This document shows, one piece after another, positions 46,801 through 55,159 of a stretch of DNA of 64,000 bases. How positions within the stretch are numbered: the stretch's first letter is position 1; every line of letters begins with the position of its first letter. The notes below the pieces were generated by a model. The model saw nothing but the letters and a program-made list of their open reading frames with translations. It had not been told where the DNA came from and did no database searches. The stretch spans positions 140,626 to 204,625 of the IMG/VR virus record IMGVR_UViG_3300032242_002454; one strand, written 5' to 3'. The position numbers and the translations under genes are program-made.

Positions 46801-47873
46801 ATATACTAGGACATGGAATTTTTACAGATAAATCTACTAACAATAGTAATCAAGTGTCTTTATTAGACTTTTATGATTCCTCTGCTAATCAAGCTAACTC
46901 AACAGGAATTTTTCAATTTCATGATCGGTCTCAAAATAGTGGAATTTTAACAGGTCAAACAATATTTTTGAATGATAGTAAAATCTATGGGGAATGTTTT
47001 GGAAAAATATTTCTATATGATTCATCAATCAATAGTGGACTATTGTCAGGGACAATACTTCTCCAAGGATCAGGATCTAATCCTCCTTCTAATCGTTCTT
47101 TAATAATAGGAGATAGTGATACTGTATTAGTATTAGCTGAAAACAATGGACAAATAGTAGGAAATAGTATATTTACTTCTGGTATTAATAAGGGATTTAT
47201 TGAAAAAGGATCATTTTTTAATAGTACTAATGATAGTAATGGAATAGTTTCTGGTGAAGGTAAATTTTATGATAGCGCAAATCTTGGAAATGTTAAAACA
47301 ACCGCTCTTTTTTATGGAAGTGGTTATAATCTAGGTAGTGGGTCTGTGGGTATATTTAATAATCAATCAACTAATAGTGGTACAATACTTGATGGGACTT
47401 TCTACAATAACTCAAAAAATGCTTCAACGGTATATTTCAGTAGATTTTATAACTCTTCTTACAACGCCAGCAATGCACAGAGCACACCCTTTGCATTATT
47501 CTATGACACATCTATTAATTATGGATCTATTGATAGTGCATATTTTGATAATCAATCTACTAATGATTTTGTTGGTATAGTAGTGGACTCAGGAACTTTT
47601 ACTAATGGAGCAATAAATAGTGGTCAAATAAAAGGAATTGGTGTTTTTAATAATAGCAGTATAAATAAAGGTTCCATAGATGGTTATGCTATATTCAATG
47701 GTTCAAACTGTATAGAAGGCACTCTTAAATCTGATGCTTTATTTACAAATTATAGTTTTTGTTCAAATACTACAATATATGGATCAGCTATTTTTAATAG
47801 TGGATCATGTTATAATAAAAATACTACCATTATAAAAGGATCTATCACAAAACCACCAGACTGCAATCCATAG
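43866..47873 (+). CDS. large beta-solenoid repeat protein (possible fibre/surface protein)
   Basis: Many ~15-16 aa FxxxSxNxGxI repeats. Confidence 0.8.
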   Translation: MSPSTWCDKDHWYSDQNLTEKNNSIPKNEIDDVEIEGTGYTYSIIDSTCFGRMPFLKCHNLNVVIATGVIIGEGGLQFSCANLAADTVFLGPQNITCQHWNINEFCNWDISTLITYPGHKSTFLNQIIFSNLNSGSLDHTYINECYVKSNILNLDHCYFHGTDDITTYISCSSGLLINSQANNNKIYWEGNFWISGTTIDDQSGFNNESKLRGSGQGTFDFTRSTNFAALDGDIKFGHNSKNYGNLYGNPIFSGGSRNYGIIVGDCIFSGENSANYGTISGTSIFVSGALNSGIITQPCIFYSGTNNFGTLKDFSLFYYAYNGGSLNNGSKFICSENMSIGLIPSGDVIFISGINRGNLATSGKISFSSGCQNFGNLTSPSAEISFDFYSNNMDQSEIKTSGFVTFGTGCANLGLIKNGIFNSSSQNYGTISNTGIFKDFSINTGIITTGIFYNLSVNGGKIIDLGQFYGSSTNTYYDITVNTTGIFNDSSINNGFLKNGSFYNNSINNSGSTARIKTSGMFYNSSKNYGSGSNIFFYDNSRNGVSGIVESGRFLSHSINSSGAIIQSLAYFSGNSINCGNIFLSGNCDIVFNENSINSGIINKDLVVLFSGYSSNNNYVKNAEFYNSGQNAVMGTGYKLSFFNESFNKGYIDPTGLFYDKSMNLNNGIIINAIFYDKSSNSSSMRRPLVSGYEFLTSGNRILKITDTAINFGELNNVDVSFSGASINQGTITWKFNPLFIYTSSGIFNTGTTPYSFVATGIFLQNYSGASIPTVNFNEYSTNQANIVGYRDVLFNGTTIIDYSGGVTNYGSISTYPPVPKDSFCVSFINGTNYGPIQNLSIFYKSINYDVLFIAEFDQSINSGTIIDYGSFYKSINYGNVNYGFFQSKSINSGIVNIGNFQQSYNFNRINIGDFYQGSINTLSGIISNSGSFFSNNPPSINYSTIITPIICFSGDSKNMGRVMEAYFSGTAINDVSGNILGHGIFTDKSTNNSNQVSLLDFYDSSANQANSTGIFQFHDRSQNSGILTGQTIFLNDSKIYGECFGKIFLYDSSINSGLLSGTILLQGSGSNPPSNRSLIIGDSDTVLVLAENNGQIVGNSIFTSGINKGFIEKGSFFNSTNDSNGIVSGEGKFYDSANLGNVKTTALFYGSGYNLGSGSVGIFNNQSTNSGTILDGTFYNNSKNASTVYFSRFYNSSYNASNAQSTPFALFYDTSINYGSIDSAYFDNQSTNDFVGIVVDSGTFTNGAINSGQIKGIGVFNNSSINKGSIDGYAIFNGSNCIEGTLKSDALFTNYSFCSNTTIYGSAIFNSGSCYNKNTTIIKGSITKPPDCNP

Positions 47874-47927
47874 TTTCTTTAAAAAATAATGGACTTGTCT
47901 TACTCTCTCTAGAAAGTATAATGTTCT

Positions 47928-48395
47928 ATGAGACCAAACTGGCAAGAATACTTCATAGGGCTGGCACATGCTGTGGCTGCTCGTAGTCACGACATTCAAA
48001 CTCAACATGGCTGTATTATTACTGACCATAATAACAGGATTTTAGGATTAGGATATAATGGATTCCCCAAAGGACTTGATGATACTAAACTTCCCAATAC
48101 TAGACCAGATAAATATCCTTGGATGATACATGCAGAGCGTAACGCCCTCTCAAACTGCACCATTCGACCTGATAATGGAATAGCATATGTAACTGGCCAA
48201 TCTTGTAATGATTGTATAATGGCTCTTTGGCAAGAGGGAATTACTAAAGTATATATGAGAAAAAATCACGGAACCCATTTATTTGATGAAGAACAACAAA
48301 AAAGATTTGATTTGTTTATAGGAATGAGTGGTCTTAGTGTAGAATATATAAGTCCCGATTTATCCTGGCTAGAAGGATTGGTGAAACATGCTTAG
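47928..48395 (+). CDS. dCMP deaminase
   Basis: GYNG, HAERNA, CxxC. Confidence 0.92.
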   Translation: MRPNWQEYFIGLAHAVAARSHDIQTQHGCIITDHNNRILGLGYNGFPKGLDDTKLPNTRPDKYPWMIHAERNALSNCTIRPDNGIAYVTGQSCNDCIMALWQEGITKVYMRKNHGTHLFDEEQQKRFDLFIGMSGLSVEYISPDLSWLEGLVKHA

Positions 48396-48984
48396 ATATG
48401 ATATTATCAACTCTCTCATTAAAAAATATAATTTGACTAAATATTTAGAGATTGGTATTTTTAATGGACATAACTTTAAAGAAATTAAGGCTCCTCTAAA
48501 ACATGGTGTTGATCCAGGAGCAGAAGGAATAATAGCTGCTGAAGTTACTCATCCATTTACATCAGATAGATTTTTTGAGTCCATAGATCAAGGCTATTTA
48601 TATGATATTATCTTTATAGATGGATTGCATTATGCTGATCAAGTAGCTAAAGATATTAAAAATTCACTAAATCATGTAACTCCTAATGGATTTATTTTAT
48701 TGCATGATTGCCTACCACCAGATTATGACCATCAAGTTGTTCCTAGAAAACAGGCTGGTTGGACTGGAGATGTATGGAGAGCTTTTGTTGGATTTAAACA
48801 AACTAACTCTTTATTCTCTTGTGTGGTTGATACAGATTTAGGTGTGGGAATTATAAAAAATAGTCCAGAAATAGAGCATAAAGATTTTTCTCCTGTTGAT
48901 ATGACATATGAAGAATTTGCCAATAATTCTAAACAGTTATTGAATTTAATTTCTTGTCAGGAATTTTTGGATAGTGATATATGA
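48388..48984 (+). CDS. class I SAM methyltransferase
   Basis: YLEIG, GVDP, IFIDGLH, LHD, WTGDVW. Confidence 0.88.
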   Translation: MLRYDIINSLIKKYNLTKYLEIGIFNGHNFKEIKAPLKHGVDPGAEGIIAAEVTHPFTSDRFFESIDQGYLYDIIFIDGLHYADQVAKDIKNSLNHVTPNGFILLHDCLPPDYDHQVVPRKQAGWTGDVWRAFVGFKQTNSLFSCVVDTDLGVGIIKNSPEIEHKDFSPVDMTYEEFANNSKQLLNLISCQEFLDSDI

Positions 48985-49625
48985 TTTCATATTGTACTAT
49001 AGTTTATCAAGAAAATGATGAAGTCATTCGTCTATTAAATCAGCTTAAAACTATTTCTACAGCAGATGATGAGATTATTGTGGTCCAATCTTATAGAAAT
49101 AAAGAAGAAAAACAGACAGAATGGTATCAATCTATCAAGCGATCTATTTTAGAATTCACCAATATTATTTATGGAGATTTTCATTTTGATACCAATTTTT
49201 CAAAAATGAAAAATTATATGACCTCCCTAGCTACGAAAGACTATATATTTAATCTTGATGCAGATGAGTACATGCTTGATGAATCGTATTCTATTATTAG
49301 AACTATTTTATTAGAAAATCCTCAAGTTGATTTGTACTATTTACCTAGGATCAATACTGTTGCCAATATTACTCAAGAAGATATTGATAACTGGGGTTGG
49401 AGCCTTAATGAATTTGGGTGGGTAAACTGGCCAGATTATCAAACACGAATCTATAAAAATAACAAATCTATCCAATGGCTAGGAGTGGTACATGAGCACT
49501 TGTCTGGACAAAAAAATTATGCCACTATACCCCCAGACCCAAAATTGGCTATTATTCATCATAAAGATATAGTAAAACAAAGAGGACAAAATTTGTTTTA
49601 TAATCAAATATCCTCCACTTCTTAA
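48981..49625 (+). CDS. GT2 glycosyltransferase
   Basis: LDADE, PRIN, WPDYQTR, VHE. Confidence 0.9.
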   Translation: MISYCTIVYQENDEVIRLLNQLKTISTADDEIIVVQSYRNKEEKQTEWYQSIKRSILEFTNIIYGDFHFDTNFSKMKNYMTSLATKDYIFNLDADEYMLDESYSIIRTILLENPQVDLYYLPRINTVANITQEDIDNWGWSLNEFGWVNWPDYQTRIYKNNKSIQWLGVVHEHLSGQKNYATIPPDPKLAIIHHKDIVKQRGQNLFYNQISSTS

Positions 49626-49651
49626 TCGTAATTTAACCTAAATAACACTTT

Positions 49652-50224
49652 ATGTATTACTTCAATAATGCTATTGATGGCCCGTGTGATTTTTACGATT
49701 TATATGATCTTATCATTCGTAAAATGCCTTACAACTTCAAGTTTGCAGAAGTGGGTGTGGGTAAAGGTAAAAGTTTGGCATTTTTTGTAGCACACTCGCT
49801 TAATCTACAACAACGAGGACAAATATTTGCAGTAGATAGCTGGGAAGGTTTTAAAGAGAATATGGATCAAACTAGTTCTTTTTTTGAACCTATACTACAG
49901 AACAATCCCAATGGTTTATATGAGCTATTTCTAAAAAATATTTCTCCCGGTAAAACTCTTGTTACTATAATCAAAAAAAATATAATCAATGCTGCTAAAA
50001 CTTTTGATAATAATTCTTTAAATGGTATTTTTATCAAGACTAGTCATGATTATGAAGAGGTATTAAAAGATTTGATAGCATGGTATCCAAAAAAAATTGA
50101 AGATGGTGTTTTTTGTGGACATGATTATATTTCACCAGGAATAAGAAAAGCAGTAGATGAATTTGCTACATTAAAGAATCTCAAAATTAGTCCTATAGGA
50201 GCAACAAGCTGGATTATCCAATGA
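49652..50224 (+). CDS. class I SAM methyltransferase
   Basis: EVG..GKS, AVDSW, HDYE, GHDY. Confidence 0.85.
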   Translation: MYYFNNAIDGPCDFYDLYDLIIRKMPYNFKFAEVGVGKGKSLAFFVAHSLNLQQRGQIFAVDSWEGFKENMDQTSSFFEPILQNNPNGLYELFLKNISPGKTLVTIIKKNIINAAKTFDNNSLNGIFIKTSHDYEEVLKDLIAWYPKKIEDGVFCGHDYISPGIRKAVDEFATLKNLKISPIGATSWIIQ

Positions 50225-50976
50225 ATAATTTACTATTTCATTTTTATTGTAAAAAACACCCAATGACAACCTATGCTATAGAGCAATTGTCTAAACACCT
50301 ATACATATTTGATGAATATAAGCATATTAGTATATCAATACCATTGAACTATACAGAAGAAGATTATGAAGTGTTACTATCTATACTTGAGAAGTTTGAA
50401 AAAACCTGTTTAATTACCATTTGTCTGAATGATCCAAAAATAAGAGAAGGTAAAACATTCTATACTTCTCATCTTCCGCTATTGTCTAAACATATTGAAA
50501 ATAAGATATTATCAGATGATAATTATACTTTCTATGGACATAGCAAAGGAAATAGTCATGAGACTGGAAATTTTGGAATAAATTGTTGGGTTAAATATCT
50601 TTGGAAATACAATATAGAACTATTTTATAGCAAAGTTAAACCACATTTTGGCAATTACAAATTTATTGGTGTTAATAAAACCAAAGTACAGGCTAGTTTG
50701 CCATTAGCGTGGTTTCCGCCATTTCATTACCAAGGTACTTTTTATTGGTTTCAAACAAAAATACTACAAGAAAATAATTGGAATAAACAAACTGGACATA
50801 TATTAGATGTAGAGCTATGGCCTGGTTATATGGTGCATCCAAAAGAAGCTTTAGATGTTTATGTTCCAACCAAAGAAGATGGTACGGAGATAGACTGTAT
50901 TCATTTTTATAAGACTAATGATGAACTTAAAAAAATATGTGAAAAAATATTAAATGACAATGAAAATCTTTTATAG
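50221..50976 (+). CDS. putative glycan-synthesis protein, paralog of 51652
   Basis: YTFYGHSKG, FHYQGTFYW, ELWPG. Confidence 0.65.
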   Translation: MNNLLFHFYCKKHPMTTYAIEQLSKHLYIFDEYKHISISIPLNYTEEDYEVLLSILEKFEKTCLITICLNDPKIREGKTFYTSHLPLLSKHIENKILSDDNYTFYGHSKGNSHETGNFGINCWVKYLWKYNIELFYSKVKPHFGNYKFIGVNKTKVQASLPLAWFPPFHYQGTFYWFQTKILQENNWNKQTGHILDVELWPGYMVHPKEALDVYVPTKEDGTEIDCIHFYKTNDELKKICEKILNDNENLL

Positions 50977-51655
50977 AATATCTGATCAAGGATATAATAA
51001 AATTAAACCTTCATATATTAACAATGAAAATTGTTTAAAAAACTTTTGTCATATTTTTTATGATTATTTAGATAATATATTTATTATAGCAGATAATATT
51101 TCTTATGATACAACAAATATGGTTAAAAAGTATATTAAAAATGATATCATGCATACATCCATTGGTCATGGAGCAGGAACTTTTAATCTGGCTTTAGATA
51201 AAGCTCTATCATTGCCTGATGACGAAATAGTTTACTTTGTAGAAAACGACTATCTTCACAAACCAATAGCTCCACAAATTTTATTAGAAGGTTTATCTTT
51301 AGATCCTGCTTTTGTGACGTTATATGATCATCCAGATAAATACATGGATCCGGCTAGTGGAGGTAATCCATTTTGTCAAGGTAATGCAGAAAATACTAGA
51401 GTTTATCTTACAAATTCATGTCATTGGAAAATCACAAACTCAACTACTATGACTTTTGCTAGCAAAGTAGACACACTCAAAAAATATGAAAAAATTATTA
51501 GGGAATGGACAAAAGACCGTCATCCTAATGATTTTCAAATGTTTATAGAATTAGCTAAACAACAGGCTTTTTTAATTTCTTCTATTCCGGGATATTCAAC
51601 TCATGGAGAAACCGCTTGGTTGGCTCCTCTAATTAACTGGAGCGATATATTATGA
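50960..51655 (+). CDS. GT-A-like glycosyltransferase
   Basis: YFVENDYLH, LYDHPDKY, STTMTFA, STHGE. Confidence 0.7.
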   Translation: MKIFYRISDQGYNKIKPSYINNENCLKNFCHIFYDYLDNIFIIADNISYDTTNMVKKYIKNDIMHTSIGHGAGTFNLALDKALSLPDDEIVYFVENDYLHKPIAPQILLEGLSLDPAFVTLYDHPDKYMDPASGGNPFCQGNAENTRVYLTNSCHWKITNSTTMTFASKVDTLKKYEKIIREWTKDRHPNDFQMFIELAKQQAFLISSIPGYSTHGETAWLAPLINWSDIL

Positions 51656-52494
51656 ATTTATGGAATTGGTTTTTTCCAACAAAAGAAACAGACACCACTG
51701 TAACACAAGAGCCTATCTCTGATGTTGCTATAGATGGAGAAATAAAAGATGATCCAGTATTTAATTTGATTTTTCATTTTCATTGTGTCAGACATGAAAA
51801 AGTTTGCTATTCAATTGCAAAAATAGAACAACACCTAGATATTTTTAACGGACATAAAATTTTTACTGTTTCATCTCCAGACAATACATTTCATAATAAT
51901 CCTATTTTTGAATTAATAGTTAAAAAATTTGCTAAAAAAAATGTTTATATTATTCCTGTTATTAATGATAGTGAAGTTAGAGAGACTTTACATTTTTTTG
52001 ATAAAGCTTGTCCATTACTAAATAATTTATTAAAAGCTCATAAACAAGAAAATAGTTATACCTTTTACGGACACAGTAAAGGCTGTACACATGCAGAAAA
52101 AACTTATTCTATTACTTGCTGGGTTAATACATTATTTAAATATAACCTAGATTTATTTTACAATAAAATTAAACCAGAACTCTTAACTAATAAGTATAAA
52201 TTTGTTGGTTGTTTAAAAAGAAATGGTAGTTCATTTGGTGCAGCTTTTCATTATTGTGGAACATTTTTTTGGTTTAGTTCAAATCTAACAGAAAATACTT
52301 ATAGAACACATGAACATAAATTAGGGTTGGAGATGTGGCCAGGATATGTTGCCAATGACTCTGAATGTTTATCAGTATTTGATCTTGAAATTACAGATCC
52401 ATATAAATATGATTTTTGGTATAATTTAGTTTATGGCAGAGTAATAGAGAGACCCATCACCTGCTCTTGTGCATCAATAGGAGACCAGATATGA
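51652..52494 (+). CDS. putative glycan-synthesis protein, paralog of 50221
   Basis: YTFYGHSKG, FHYCGTFFW, EMWPG. Confidence 0.65.
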   Translation: MNLWNWFFPTKETDTTVTQEPISDVAIDGEIKDDPVFNLIFHFHCVRHEKVCYSIAKIEQHLDIFNGHKIFTVSSPDNTFHNNPIFELIVKKFAKKNVYIIPVINDSEVRETLHFFDKACPLLNNLLKAHKQENSYTFYGHSKGCTHAEKTYSITCWVNTLFKYNLDLFYNKIKPELLTNKYKFVGCLKRNGSSFGAAFHYCGTFFWFSSNLTENTYRTHEHKLGLEMWPGYVANDSECLSVFDLEITDPYKYDFWYNLVYGRVIERPITCSCASIGDQI

Positions 52495-53309
52495 TTTCAG
52501 CAATTATTCCATCTTTCAAAAATCCTAAATGTTTAGAAATTTGTATTAAATCTTTTCTTGATACACAAACAACAAACAGCGAACTAATATGTGTCATTGA
52601 TGGTTTTGTTGATATGTATGAAGAAATGGCTACTAAATATATAGATAATCCTTTAGTGAAATTCGCGGTTAATGAAACAAATAAAGGTATGCCATTTTCT
52701 ATCAATTTAGGAGCATATTATTCTATTAATCCATGGTTATTAATATTGAATGATGATAATGTATTTCCTAAAAATTGGGATACTATTTTACTAAGTCAGA
52801 TGAATAAAAATATAGTCATATCTCCTAATCAAATAGAAAGAAATGATAGTATCTTTAATTTTATCAAATATGATTTTGGTACAATAGACAACTTTAAATA
52901 CGAGGATTTTCTAGAGATAGAACCCACATTAAGAGAAAATAGTGGTCTTACAAATGACGGAGAAATATTCCCATTTTGTATTAGTAAAAAACTGTTTATG
53001 GCAGTTGGAGGTTTTGACCTTGTATATCCTTCTCCATTTGTTTGCGACTGGGATTTTTTCTTAAAATTGGAATTATTGGGTATACAATTTCGTAGAACAC
53101 GACAATTAAATTTTTATCATTTTGGAAGTATGGCTACAAAAAAATCTTCTAATATAGAGGATGCTGATTACTTTAGGAATAGTGAAAATATTGCATCCGA
53201 AGTATTTTCTCAAAAATGGGGATTTGAGCCGATTATTCAAAGGCCATCCAATTCACATAAACCAGATACCACAGAAATTATTAGAGGAATTAATTATTAT
53301 GAAGAATAA
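52491..53309 (+). CDS. GT2 glycosyltransferase
   Basis: IIP, IDG, LNDD, VGGFD, DWDF, YHFG. Confidence 0.9.
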   Translation: MISAIIPSFKNPKCLEICIKSFLDTQTTNSELICVIDGFVDMYEEMATKYIDNPLVKFAVNETNKGMPFSINLGAYYSINPWLLILNDDNVFPKNWDTILLSQMNKNIVISPNQIERNDSIFNFIKYDFGTIDNFKYEDFLEIEPTLRENSGLTNDGEIFPFCISKKLFMAVGGFDLVYPSPFVCDWDFFLKLELLGIQFRRTRQLNFYHFGSMATKKSSNIEDADYFRNSENIASEVFSQKWGFEPIIQRPSNSHKPDTTEIIRGINYYEE

Positions 53310-54300
53310 AATTCTTATTACTGGCAATGCAGGATTATTAGGTTCTAATTTAGCCGATTACATTATACAAAACTATCCAAAATATAGTGTCTATGGAATA
53401 GATGACCTTAGTGGTGGATATAAAGATAATATTAATCCTAATGTTCATTTTTATCAGATGAATATTTTGGATCCAGAGTTCGATAATATTTTTAACGCCA
53501 TTAAACCTGATTATGTATTTCATTTAGCTGCTTATGCAGCAGAGGGTCTAAGTCCTTTTATAAGACAGTTTAATTACAACAATAATTTACTTTCAACTGC
53601 TCGCGTAATAAATAATTGCATCAAGTATAATATAACCAGATTAGTTTTTACATCCAGTATGGCAGTTTATGGAGATAATCCTACTCCATTTGATGAATCC
53701 ATGAGACAGAAACCAATAGATCCTTATGGAATAGCAAAGTATGCTTGTGAAATGGATATACAAGTAGCTGGAGAACAACATGGATTAGATTGGTGCATTA
53801 TTAGACCACATAATGTATATGGTAGAAAACAAAACATTTGGGACAAATATCGTAATGTTCTTGGTATATGGATGTATCAACACCTAGAAGGTCGGCCTAT
53901 TACTATTTTTGGTGATGGCGAACAAAAGAGGGCCTTTAGTCACATTAATGACAGTGTGGGACCATTGTTTAAAGCAGCTATAGAACCACAAGCCTCCAAG
54001 CAGATTATAAATCTAGGAGGTATCTACGAGTGTTCTATTAATGAAGCAGCAGACGCTCTATTGTCTGTGGTTGGTGGGCAAGCAGATAAGATTTATCTGG
54101 AAGGTAGACACGAAGTTAAATATGCCTATCCAACTTATCAAAAGTCTGTTGACATTTTAGGATTTGAGCATATAACATCTCTATCAGATGGCTTAAGCGA
54201 CATGTGGACATGGGCAAGAACTCAACCACGACGTTCAAGGTTTGTCTGGAGCCACTACGAAATAGATAAAGGAATATATTCATTTTGGAAAACCGCATAA
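53299..54300 (+). CDS. NAD-dependent epimerase/dehydratase
   Basis: TGNAGLLG, YGIAK, RPHNVYG. Confidence 0.95.
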   Translation: MKNKILITGNAGLLGSNLADYIIQNYPKYSVYGIDDLSGGYKDNINPNVHFYQMNILDPEFDNIFNAIKPDYVFHLAAYAAEGLSPFIRQFNYNNNLLSTARVINNCIKYNITRLVFTSSMAVYGDNPTPFDESMRQKPIDPYGIAKYACEMDIQVAGEQHGLDWCIIRPHNVYGRKQNIWDKYRNVLGIWMYQHLEGRPITIFGDGEQKRAFSHINDSVGPLFKAAIEPQASKQIINLGGIYECSINEAADALLSVVGGQADKIYLEGRHEVKYAYPTYQKSVDILGFEHITSLSDGLSDMWTWARTQPRRSRFVWSHYEIDKGIYSFWKTA

Positions 54301-55112
54301 AACTTAAGGATATCGTTTCTCGTTCTTTATTTGGTTCTCTGGGAACTATAATAAATGAAGAGCACTTATCTATGTTTTTATCTTTTTCCAAATATAATGC
54401 TGATTTTCTAAACTCTTTCCCTAAAGTTGTTTATTGTCTCAATGGAAATAAAGAATTAATAGAAGCCTCTCAGAATTTTTTGAGGGAGTTTTTAACTACA
54501 GATCTTAGCATTATTGCTGTAGAGAATTTAGGACACACATTTGGAACATTTTTTAATGATGGAAAAATCTTTTCTTTTGCTGACTCTTTTGATTATGACT
54601 ATCTTTGGAAATTTTCCAACGACGTAGTTGTGACTAAAGATATTTTCAATAAATATGTTACTGCAAATAAAGGGTTCTATTACATAAACAATATTGGTTA
54701 TAATGTTTTTAATACATATGATAAGACTAAATTGGTTGAAGTTTTAATGGATCAATCTTTTTATTATCCACAAACCAATTATTACATCATTAAAAATCAT
54801 ACCAAATTTTATCCTGATGAAGACCTAATCTATCGGCTAAAAGCAGAACATGAGAATATTAAGAAAGAAAACCCCACTATTCAACCGTGGCACTCTATTG
54901 AGGGTTGTGATTCTGAGCATATGTTGGCCAAAACAGTAGAGAATAATAATCTATCCAAAGAGCATTTATTGTCGGAATCTTCAGTAAGAGCAGTAATAGA
55001 TTTTATTGATCAACATAAAATACATGATGGCAGTCATAAAAATATTGCCTATTCTGAACTTGGAGGACTTTGCCATCTTCATTATCCCAACCATAATTCA
55101 TACCTGATCTAG
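54285..55112 (+). CDS. hypothetical protein in glycosylation island (possible GT)
   Basis: NLGH, WKFSND; TTG start. Confidence 0.6.
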   Translation: MENRIKLKDIVSRSLFGSLGTIINEEHLSMFLSFSKYNADFLNSFPKVVYCLNGNKELIEASQNFLREFLTTDLSIIAVENLGHTFGTFFNDGKIFSFADSFDYDYLWKFSNDVVVTKDIFNKYVTANKGFYYINNIGYNVFNTYDKTKLVEVLMDQSFYYPQTNYYIIKNHTKFYPDEDLIYRLKAEHENIKKENPTIQPWHSIEGCDSEHMLAKTVENNNLSKEHLLSESSVRAVIDFIDQHKIHDGSHKNIAYSELGGLCHLHYPNHNSYLI

Positions 55113-55159
55113 TGGTGTACTAACTAGTCTACATCATAATTAATTTTTAAGGAGTATCC

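Noticed and set aside
5309-47580. Nested + strand alternative-frame ORFs (5309, 7840, 13856, 14759, 16400, 31275, 35886, 42533, 47338)
   Set aside because: Lie inside stronger genes and show off-frame composition
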